Of a stretch of 64,000 nucleotides of DNA, positions 53,943 through 64,000 are shown in pieces. Position 1 is the first letter of the stretch; each line of letters starts with the position of its first letter. The position numbers and the translations under genes were made by a program. The DNA lies in the NCBI RefSeq assembly GCF_009914755.1, contig NC_060927.1, one strand, 5' to 3'. The DNA is from the human T2T-CHM13v2.0 reference genome, Homo sapiens. The notes under the pieces are model-generated. The model was not told where the DNA came from, ran no database searches, and worked only from the letters and a program-made list of their open reading frames with translations.

Positions 53943-54409
53943 CTTTTTTTTTTTACTTATTTAAATTCTTTTTTTAACATTTATTAAGTTCAGGGGTCAT
54001 GTGCTGGTTTGCTACATAGGTAAACTTGTGTCATGGAGGTTTATTGGACAGTTTATTTCATCACCCAGGTATTAAGTCTAGTACTCATTATTTTTCCTGA
54101 TCCTCTCCCTCCTCTCACCCTCCACCCTCCAATAAGCCCCACTGTGTGTCGTTCCCCTCTCTGTGTTTATGTGTTCTCATCATTTAGCTCCCACTTATGG
54201 GTGAGAACATGTGGTGTTTGGTTTTCTGTTTCTGTGCTAGTTTGCTAAGGATGATGGCATCCAGCTCCATCCAAGTTCCTGCAAAGGACATGATCTTGTT
54301 CTTTTTTACAGCTGTGTAGTTCTCCATGGTATATATGTACCACATTTTCTTTAACTAGTCTATCATTGATGGACATTTAGTTTGATTCCATGTCTTTGCT
54401 ATTGCAAAT
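53943..54409 (-). mobile_element. Older primate L1PA 3' end (roughly L1PA10-13-like), 5'-truncated
   Basis: aagttcagggg...taggtaaacttgtgtcatgg...catcacccaggtattaag...tcctgcaaaggacatgatct. Confidence 0.88.
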
Positions 54410-54449
54410 TTTGTGCAGGCCTCCACATACAGCTTACACAGGCCTCCAG

Positions 54450-54600
54450 ATCACCCTGAGTTGAGTACTATTATGATCCCTGTTTATGGATGAGGAAACT
54501 GAGGCAAAGAGTGTTTAAGAGGCATGCCCCAGGAAACATAGGCTATTGCAGCACTGTAATTTGAACCAGACTGACTCCTCCACAGTTTTTAACTAGGAAT
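54450..54600 (-). mobile_element. MIR SINE
   Basis: gatgaggaaactgaggcaaaga...atttgaaccagactgactcc. Confidence 0.7.
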
Positions 54601-54611
54601 CCAACCTGCCT

Positions 54612-55470
54612 TCCATAATATGCTCCCAGTTTCCTTCTGACACACTTGAGCATGGCACAGGCCACTACCAGCTTCTTGATGGCCTGCTTCCCTCTCCATT
54701 CCCTCCTCTTGCCCTCCTCTGTGCTGGATTCCCAAGACTGGCAAAGATCATTTTCCACTTGCTCTTAGTGGCTTCTGTCTAGATTCAGCCAGTAGAAGGC
54801 AGTAACTGGAACCTGCAAGATGGGAGGAAGAGAAAATTCAGGGTGCTTCTCCTCCTGCTCTTTGCTTTGGGTGGTGTCTTAGGCAGTGGTTTTATCTTCT
54901 CTTTGCTTTTATCTCTCTCTGAATGTATATCCCTCTGTGGCTCTGGCTAACCGCAGTGACTGTGGTCTAATAGTAGTTAGTGACTAGTGGTCTATCTGAT
55001 AGTGGTTAGTGACTAGTGTTCTAATAGTGGTTAGTGACTAGTGGTCTATCTGATAGTGATTGGTGACTGACTAGTGGTCTATCTGGTAATGGTTAGTGAC
55101 TAGTAGTCTATTTGATAACAGTTAGTGACTAGTGGTCTATCTGCTAATGGTTAGTGACTAATGGCCTATTTGATAGTGGTCAGTGACTAGTGGTCTTTCT
55201 GATAATGGTTAGTAACTAGTGCTCTATCTGATAGTGGTTAGTGACTAGTAGTCTATCTGACAACAGTTAGTACTAGTGGTCTCCAAGTTCATACCAGTGC
55301 ACTAGTAGTCTGGAGGGACAAAAGGAAGAGGTGGGAGAGCCTTCTTGTTGTTGCTAATATCTGAGTAGCTTACTGTTCACTGTATTTGACTTTTCTGCTC
55401 TTCTAAAACCTTTGTCACAAGTTCTTTGTATATTAAATCTCCTCTATAGAACACCTGGCATCCTGGCACA
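54612..55470 (+). mobile_element. LTR33-like ERVL solo LTR, interrupted by a minisatellite
   Basis: gcttctgtctagattcagccagtagaaggca...gggaggaagagaaa...ttgctaatatctgagtagct...acctttgt...attaaatctcct. Confidence 0.65.
54956..55282. repeat. Minisatellite, ~11.5 copies of 29-bp consensus GTGACTAGTGGTCTATCTGATAGTGGTTA
   Basis: Units start at 54956, 54980, 55009, 55034, 55063, 55096, 55125, 55154, 55183, 55212, 55241 and 55270 (partial). Confidence 0.95.
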
Positions 55471-57964
55471 GGCTCTAATCACTGCTATTGAAGTGCCCAC
55501 CTGGCTTTCCTATTCCTTAAACCTGAATTAAAGAAGGTTTAAGATGGATCAGAGACCTGCAGGCTGCACAGTCAACAGTGGTGTTTTGCTGGGAGCAAAA
55601 AGCCATGACAAAAACCCCTTTGGGCTTCATTTCCTTTCTACACCCCAGGGTACCTTTAGGACATGGAGGCTGTGATGAGCAAAGTGATACCCTAATGACA
55701 CTGAAGAATTAACACAGCTTCCAGAGGTGTTAAATGTACAACTGGGGACTGGCTAATTAGGAGGGAGAATCTCTCTCACTAGAAAGCATCATCTTTAATT
55801 AGAGTGGAAAAGGTGGCAATCCAAGGAGGTTCCACAAGTGTGTTTGAGGGGAGCCTCATGGCTGCAGTCTTGCACTCCCTGATTCTGCCCTCCCAACTTT
55901 GGGTCTTGTCACCTTGGTGCCCATGATTAGGAGGTGGGAGGGATAAGAGCACCCACAGAAGTTCCTGAAGCATTTCTGAGCTGCTGAAGCACACCTCCTG
56001 CTACCCCAGGACTCCTTATCCTAAGTGGCAAGAATCATTCTCCCAGAAGTGATCCCAGACAAATCACAATCCCTCCTCATCCTCCCCAAAGCAAAGAAAA
56101 AGAAAAGAGCCAGCATGATACCAGCCCCAAGCCAGTATTTTAATACATTAATATGTTATCACAGAGAATTCAGCATCATAATGAGATTCATGACACAATG
56201 AATCCACTGATTACTAAAAGTTTCCAAAAGTGTAAAAATCGGTTCCCACTCCCCCACACTGAGTTCTTTAAAAAATGTCTGTAATGTAGAATGGGAATAA
56301 ATAAAGAGTGATTGAATGCCTTTCTCTAGCTGGGGTATCATCCCTGATGTTATCAATTTTAATAGCTACTTAAATATGTCAAGATCTATTTAAGTTCAGA
56401 CAAGCACAACTAACACTCAAGTCAGTTCTTTAGAACTAGAATGACTAGATTTGGGTGATACTAAGTAAATTTGGGCTTATGTTTTTTTCTGAGCAAATGA
56501 ACTGAAATAATTATAAAATTGAAACATTTTATAAGGTGACACTGGTGCATTTAATTGTATGAAATTTACAGTGTAGAAAATGTAATCATTTTATTCAGTA
56601 GTCCATGGTGTAATTAAGACTATTCTTTTGAGGTATCTTGTATTTATGATTTTCCTCTTCCACCTGGATGAGATGTCTCAAATTCAAAATTATACATCAA
56701 TTAGGTATAGTCTCAGGATTATTTTTAAGGGGACTGTTTTCTAATATCATGTATATTTCTGACTTTCTTATCCACAGAGAAGCTTTCACAATCAGAAGTT
56801 TGCAGAAACAGAAGTGGGGACATGGATAGTCCTCTGGACACTTTCCATTTTATTCAGGAAAGGGACCACACACGATGAACCACAATTTAGTAATAAAGTA
56901 ATGTTTCAGCACACAGTGTGTGATGTGCAGTAAAGATCCTTTTAAATTCCCATCAGAGCACACACCATGAACTGTGCTAATGGATGTAACACATTTTACA
57001 AAATCTGCATGTGTGAGGCTTTTCCATCCTGTTTTAAGTGGGGCAATGTATATAAATAATAGATATTAGCAATTAAGCATCTATTACTATGCACTCATTT
57101 ATACATTTGAAAATAAATTAGCCACAAACTACATGAAAGTGGATGCAGTATTCTCTTTTCCCTTCTGTTTTCCCTGCTGTTCCTGAAAGATATTTCTGTA
57201 TTTATCTCAGTACGAACAATGACCCCAGCTCTCAATTTCTGCATCCTTAAATTAATTACAATTACTATCGAAAATTCTCTAAAATGGAGTGAGTCTGACT
57301 TAACTCTTGTTTTCCTTGTTGTTTGCTGTTTAGGATAATGAGAGTTTCTTATCACTCTTTGTGGGTCTTAGGTTGGCTTCTTTTCCTTTCTCTTTTATCC
57401 AGGTACCAAAAGCTCTTACTTCACCGGGGAGATTTTTCACACGGGAGGAAAAGGACAAGTGGACTATCACCTATGTGGTCAGCTTACAACCTGAATTTCT
57501 TGGAAATGACCTAATTTAATTATCTTCATGGATCTCCTTTGCTCTTTGAATGAAGAGTAGTCAGCTATTTTCTTTCTTTTTTTTTTTTTGAATGGGGCTC
57601 TTGAGTGTCAGTTGCCATTTTAATGAAGTAGTGATTTGGGCCCTTTCCTGATAATACAAGAGTTAGGTGTCATGCTAGTTGGCTTGGCCCCTCTTATTCC
57701 TCCAGTATCCCTGATAGGTCAGATCAGAGTGATTCTGGAGGGAAAGTATGTTTCACTGTGGATATGTACAATGGCAATTCCCAGTTCTGGGATTTAACTT
57801 AATTCAATTATTCACATGATGAGTAGCATCCACACACTCCTGGTAAAATTTGATAAAATGCTGTAGCATCAAGATGCTTTTGTAGAGGCCTCTCTGCCAT
57901 TACCTGTTTTCTTGACTGGCATTAATCTCTACCAAAGCTAGAGACTTGAGCATCATCCTGAATT

Positions 57965-58325
57965 CAGAGTCATAATCTGATAGCTACAGGTCAAAGTTGG
58001 CCCAACGATGTGTTGTTGGGAGTACCTTGAGCTTTGAAAAAATAAATAAAAGTAATTATCAACCCTGGAAAACTTAGAAATTTTACATAACACTCCTGGT
58101 CTCTGGATTTTCTTGGAAAACTTCAATATCTGGCAACTCTGGCCCTGTATTTCCTTCTGGCAACAATCAGCTGGTACTGTGTCGAGGTAGTGACATTTAG
58201 ATGAGCCATGTGCTCTCCAGCTTGCCATAGTCCTCACCAATCCCTGTTGTTTACTTCCAGCCTACTTAGTATTCATATTATCTGCAGGCAACTACAGGCA
58301 ATTAAGCCTGTAGTTTCTGGCCTAA
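57965..58325. mobile_element. MER102-like hAT-Charlie relic
   Basis: aaattttacataa...tggattttcttggaaaa...atctggcaactctggccc...ggcaacaatcagctgg...gctctccagcttgcca. Confidence 0.72.
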
Positions 58326-58404
58326 AGCATTCATGACAACATGTGCACAAGACACCACATACATAATATATGATAGAAATCTTCCTTACTTTCTAAAAAT
58401 GTAA

Positions 58405-58630
58405 TCACAATCATGGCTGAAATTGAGTACCTTCTGTGTACCAACTTTTGTACTAGGTGCTTTATACGTTATTTTTTTTTGATCCCCAACATACCCCATG
58501 GTGTGAACTAGCCTATCATATAATCAGAGACTAAAATTCAGAGATGGTAAATTTAAAAAACGTGTCCAGTACTGTACAGTTAATAGACTTCAGAGGCAGA
58601 AGTGAAACTGATGTGATTCCAAAGGTGCTG
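58405..58630 (-). mobile_element. MIR SINE
   Basis: attgagtaccttctgtgtacca...gtgctttata...actaaaattcagagatggt...gattccaaa. Confidence 0.6.
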
Positions 58631-59455
58631 TTATTCAAAGTTTATTTAATCTTTTTTCTTATCTTCAAAAAGTAAATATGTATTTAAATGTAGACCAGAA
58701 ACCATACCTTGTTACATTTTCCTTTGAGAAACTCCAGGCTTTCTTTAAATGCTAATGTAGATACTGAACACTACAAAATCTTGAATGGTTTTTCTCCTGT
58801 AAAGGTCATTGCAAAGTTAACCTAAGTAAAATTCCATATCTTGGTGTGGAGTCCATAATTTTGAACTTTGTTTGGCTGATTGTTTATTTAGCACCAAAAC
58901 AATTTGAAATTGGCTTTGCAAACGAAATGTACTCTTTATGTCATATATAGGGATGATTGGGTCTAGGTTTGCACTGATCAGGATGCCTATGGATAATACC
59001 CAGGGGAACCACTCCTTTCTCATAGATTGCTGATGAGATTGCTTAATCTCATAGATTAAGATGTAAACATCTTAATTTTTTATGCTGTCTATATTTATAT
59101 ATTTCCGGCATTTTAATACTATTTCTCTCTGCCTTCTTTTCTCTGACTAGAGTTATAGACTGAATAGTTCCATGTCTGAGGAGAGAAAGAAGTTTGCCAT
59201 TTTTCTTTATCTGCCTCATAGCCCCATAGCAATAATGATTATGTTCCACCCCAGCTATTTAAAACATGTTGCCTCTGATTCCCAGCTTTGAGAGCAAACA
59301 ATCTGCCAAGCGCCTCATAACTGCAAAGTGACCTTGACATATGTCATTCACCAGAGTTTTCAAATCGAAGTCTTCGTGTTTAATATTCATAAGGACTTTT
59401 TTTTTCCTAACAGCATATGTGATGATTTTACAGGGGATGGGGGTTGGGAGCTTTA

Positions 59456-59752
<297 letters not shown>

Positions 59753-60468
59753 TTACGTGACCTAGTGACCTAAGAATGCAGAAATTTTCACATTTGACTT
59801 TCCTAAGATTAAAGTCTTAAGAAAACAAATGAAGTATTATTGAGCAAGACAATTTTGAATAAAAATATGAGAAAGAAGAGTGCAATCATTATAAAATTTT
59901 ATACACATTGCAAACTTTACCTATCATGGTAATTTGTAACACTTATTTCTACTTTTTTTTTTTTTTTGGTAATAAGTAGGGAGAATCAAGCAATTCATTC
60001 ACTTGGATCAACAAAATCTCATAGTACATTGTCAGCCTCCTGTCACAGAGTATTATTAATCTGAGGAAAAGGATAAGGATCTTATGTGGTGGGCAATACT
60101 GCTGAGTTATTCATATGAGCTCAATCAAGTCACTTTATTACTTTGTTTTTACAAACCTCATTTTCCTCCTCTGTAAAAAGAAAAATGCATATAAATGAAT
60201 AGTCTATAAGCTCATTCCTGCTTCTGTCCTCATAACCTCACAGTGGCTTTCTCTGCCTTGGTATTTAAGTTCCTATTCAGGTGATAGCCTGTATGGCTTT
60301 GGGGATATGCTTCTTGGGAACATGCTTTATTTCCACATAACTGTCTGGCACAATAGCTAGAGATGTTCAGGGAATTTCTAGCGAAGTTCTTGACTGAAAT
60401 TCTGGTTTGGAGAGCCATAGAGAAGGCTGAGAAGCCCCAAGCGTTGTATGTATTTTACATCTCCTATA

Positions 60469-60800
60469 CAGTTGGCCCTCCGTATCTGTGGGTTTCACAT
60501 CCCCAATACAACAAATCCTAGATACACAGATTGAAAATATTCAGAAAAAGCTCCCCAAATAACAATGTAACAATAAAAATGATACAAATAAAAAACAATA
60601 CAGTATAACAACCACTTACATAGCATTTACATAGTATTAGGTATGATAAATAATCTAAAGGTCAAGTAAAGTATATGGGAGGATATGCATAGGTTATATG
60701 CAAATACCACATCATTTTATATTAGAGACCTGAGCATCTGAAAATTTCGATATCTGTGGAGTCCTGGAACCAGTTCCCCTCAGACACTGAGGGACAACTG
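60469..60800. mobile_element. Tigger3a/MER7-like TcMar-Tigger MITE
   Basis: TA target duplications at 60467-60468 and 60801-60802; TIRs cagttggccctc / gagggacaactg (1 mismatch). Confidence 0.88.
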
Positions 60801-61361
60801 TATGCATTCTCCTGCCATGTAATGATTGGGAGTCTGCTCTGCAACAAGCGCTGGGCTGTATATTGGGGATAGAGGGATGACTAAGACAGGCGTGGACCTT
60901 GACCTTCATGAGCATCAAACAAATCGTCAAAGAAATAACTGAAAGTTACAGGATTGAGAAGTGTATAAAAGAGAAGCATATCATAAAATCATGTTAGAGA
61001 GAGGACCAGACTGGGTCATGGTGCAGTTAGCTTATAACTTCCTTACAGGCTGATGATGCCCAGGAACAACTTAAAACCTGAACAAGCAACAGTCCTCGTG
61101 GTTTGGTGGCACAACTGGGACGTGGTCAAGAGGTGTCCTTGGGAATTGCATTCCCATTGTTAACGCAATGCCTGGTTGGTTCAATAATGCTCATTGAGTT
61201 ACTGAAATTGATAATACAATTGGCAACCTGGTTTGATTTTACCATGCTTATGCAGCTCAGTGCAAGGAACATATTCTTGCCAAGTCCATCTTTATTTCCC
61301 TTTCCAAGGTTGTTTCTTAGTTTAGGGCCAATGGAAATGTCTAGTGGGTTCTGCTTTCTAA

Positions 61362-61548
61362 GGCAATGGGTTCTAGACTTTTCTGCAGAGTAGAATCACC
61401 TGGAAAATCTTTTTAAAATTCAGAATTTTTAAAGCTCTGGTATTCCCCTATTCAGGAGACCAATTAAATCACAATCCTTGGTGGGATGGGAGAATTTTTG
61501 AAGCTCCTCAGGTGATTCCGACATGTAGACAAGTTTGGGAACCACGAT
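61362..61548. mobile_element. MER5-like hAT-Charlie relic
   Basis: tagaatcacctgga...aagctcctcaggtgattcc...aagtttgggaaccac. Confidence 0.7.
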
Positions 61549-62089
61549 GCCAGGGATCTTCTGCATTTGAGACAAGAAAAAGAGAGAGAACAGCCCACTG
61601 ACTTGTGCATCAGTGATTTTCAGAAACCAATCTTAAGATGGTTGCTTTCCAAAGACTCCTAACTGGCACCAGAACTATCAGTCTGGTAATACACAACTGT
61701 CTTAGGTCATTTTTGTTTCTTTCTGATCCTCCAAACAGCCTTGGTTTTCAACAGTGTTTAATTTCTATTCTCTTCCTTTTATGTGCTGGCTTTAAATTTC
61801 TTGGTTGTGGTTTCATCCACCATAAAAGGGATTGGCAGAAATAGGGATTCAAGAAAACATCTGTCGTTGAAAGCAATTAATGTAGTATTGAATATTGAAG
61901 TGGAATCAGCCCTACAGATGAGAGAACACTAGGCTTCCTCTAACCCAAGAGGGATTCACCAAATTAATGATATAATGATGATGATGGTGATGAAAATCAT
62001 AATTAGTTTATTTTTCTTACTTGGGTATCAAGGCATCCAGTAATCAGCTAATATTGCAGATAGATGGACATTCAAATGATGTCTTAGAA

Positions 62090-62287
62090 CACTAAGAACA
62101 GCATCAATATTTTGGGCCAGATAATTTTTTGGCATGGAGAGATTGTAGGATGTTTAGTGGTATCGTAGTCTTTTATCCACTAGATGCTAGTAGCACCTGA
62201 CCCTCTAGCTCATGACAATGAAAAATGTTTGTAGATATTGCTGCATTTCCCTTGTGGGACAAAATCACTGTGGTTGAAAAGCACTGC
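62090..62287. mobile_element. MER20-like relic
   Basis: ttttgggccagataatt...gtaggatgtttag...ccactagatgctagtagcacc...ggttgaaaagcactg. Confidence 0.75.
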
Positions 62288-62324
62288 TTTACACACACAC
62301 ACACGAACACACACAGAGTGGCGT

Positions 62325-62580
62325 GTATCTTATGTCAAGTTCTATGTTACCGCTTATATACCTTATTGAACTTAAGCATCACAAAGAGTCTAGGAGGTAG
62401 ATATTGTTAGCCTCCTTGAACAGATGGGAAATGTATGAATGGGCATCCCCAGTTAGCAGATGAATGAAGGTAACCAAGGCTTACAGAGTTTATTTAGGTA
62501 AATTGTCCAAGGCCTCCTCCTTATTCAGCAGTAGAACTGAGATTCAAATCTAGGCCTGGTAGATTCCAAAAGCTTTGTGC
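62325..62580 (-). mobile_element. MIR SINE
   Basis: aggtagatattgttagcc...acagatgggaaa...aaggcttacagag...gattcaaatctagg. Confidence 0.65.
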
Positions 62581-64000
62581 TTGTCCTTTTCCCTTTTATA
62601 TTATGCAATGTTTTCTCTGATTTATTCTTAGCTTTTATCTCTCCTTCCTAACTGCTGAGACTGCACATCAGCAAAACCTCCTCACCCTAAATACTGTGAT
62701 GTGTCACCTGCCCAAAATCGAGCCTTGCAAATAGCTGGGTTTTACACACTCGCCTTTCCCTTAGCAGTCTTTGCAAAGCAAAACTACCTTCTTTGCACAC
62801 TCAGGGAATCCTTCTTGTTCCATTACAGCTGCTTTATCCCATACATTAGAGAGCAGCTCAGAAAGAGCTGATAGATAACGAGACCTTGATGAGTATGGAG
62901 ATTGCAGCAGCTATTTACTTAACAGAATTAATTAACAATCAGTTCAAATTATCACACGTAGTCAGGCTGCATGTAATTTAAATTGCTTTTGCACAAAGTA
63001 ATTCAGTAACAAAAAAAAGTTGGATAGAGGTTACTGGAATGTAAGAACATGCGGCGAATACAGTATACAGCCAAGTGGTATATGATTCTCTTTTTAATTT
63101 TGTGACAATTTTAAGTATAGCATTTTGAATGTAAGTGGTGTGCTACATTAAGCAACCATTTGGAGCACACTAGGCTTGTACTGAGAGAATTTTATGGAGA
63201 AGTTAAACTGCCATTCATAAAGTTATTTTAATTCTATATCTCTGTTTATATTTTTATTTTTTCTCATTCCTCAGTGGGAACTATCTGTTGCTCATTAGAA
63301 AATCATCTGACATACACACATTTGAGAACCCAGTCTGTTCAACCCAGAATTCTGACATCTGAAGTGAGTCACAATTTTTGGGTGAATGTTACTGACATCT
63401 TCCATCTTTTATAGATGATGCTAACAATAATTTCATCAGATTCAGATTCCTTCCTTTATTGTATTATTCGACATTGCACCCAAAGTACTGTAAAGTAGCA
63501 TAAGCTCAAAGTAGAAACATAAAAAGTAGTGTCATATCTTCTGTAGAGAAAATTATTTTAGAGTTAAATAAGGAACTCGTGAAACTATATTTGGGATGTT
63601 ATTCATAGTTCTTGACATTAATTTAGAGAAAATAATTTTTACCAATAGTTAAAAACAAACCAAAATTAGGACAAAAAATAGAAGCTCATCTATATTTCTT
63701 GGAAAAAAAATTAAAGTGAATGTTAAACAGTTTGGGCTACAGGTAATTGCAAGAACAAATGGACATAAACTTAAGTCAGAGAAAAGATAGACAGCTAGTT
63801 AAGTTTTTATTACTGTTGAGCAAATGTTATTAATTTAATTCAATTAACATTTATTGAGTACCCACATGCAACAGATGAATCAATGTGACAGGAGCTATTA
63901 ATTTATTTACTCTAAGTTATTAAGAAAACGTTTTAATGATTTTCATTTTTGATCACTAAATGTGACTTTGTAATTTTTGCATCCATGTTTTCTCTCATTT

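Noticed and set aside
54956-55282. 29-bp repeat array as a CRISPR-like locus
   Set aside because: Units are head-to-tail with no unique spacers, there are no cas genes, and the context is eukaryotic: an ordinary minisatellite.

Overview
Primate (almost certainly human) AT-rich, gene-poor, repeat-dense genomic DNA; not prokaryotic, and there is no CRISPR array, rRNA or intact tRNA. The only supported protein-coding content is the last two coding exons of MDFIC2 (MyoD family inhibitor domain-containing 2) on the minus strand: 59709-59488 (222 bp) and 50104-49845 (260 bp, Cys-rich I-mfa domain, TAG stop), joined by a 9.4-kb GT-AG intron. The start codon exon lies beyond the window. From recall (not verified here), this is 3p13 between MITF and FOXP1. 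The rest is old L1/L2/MIR/MaLR/ERVL/hAT/Tigger relics and several Alus; subfamily names are by eye and boundaries are approximate. The most notable non-annotation structures are: (1) a TSD-bounded L1PA 3' transduction (11456-12304) that carried ~625 bp of LTR-less ERV1-internal-like sequence into an older L1, where the L1's own AATAAA reads AACAAA; (2) a 29-bp minisatellite with higher-order structure inside an ERVL LTR in the MDFIC2 intron; (3) an ~89-bp tandem duplication with a 16-bp TAATTA palindrome and asymmetric CpG decay; (4) a CpG- and motif-rich candidate regulatory element at ~35.1-35.6 kb; (5) an MDFIC2 C-terminal helix that lacks several of the cysteines seen in the PIEZO-modulating paralogues MDFIC/MDFI. 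I found no convincing wholly new biological system.
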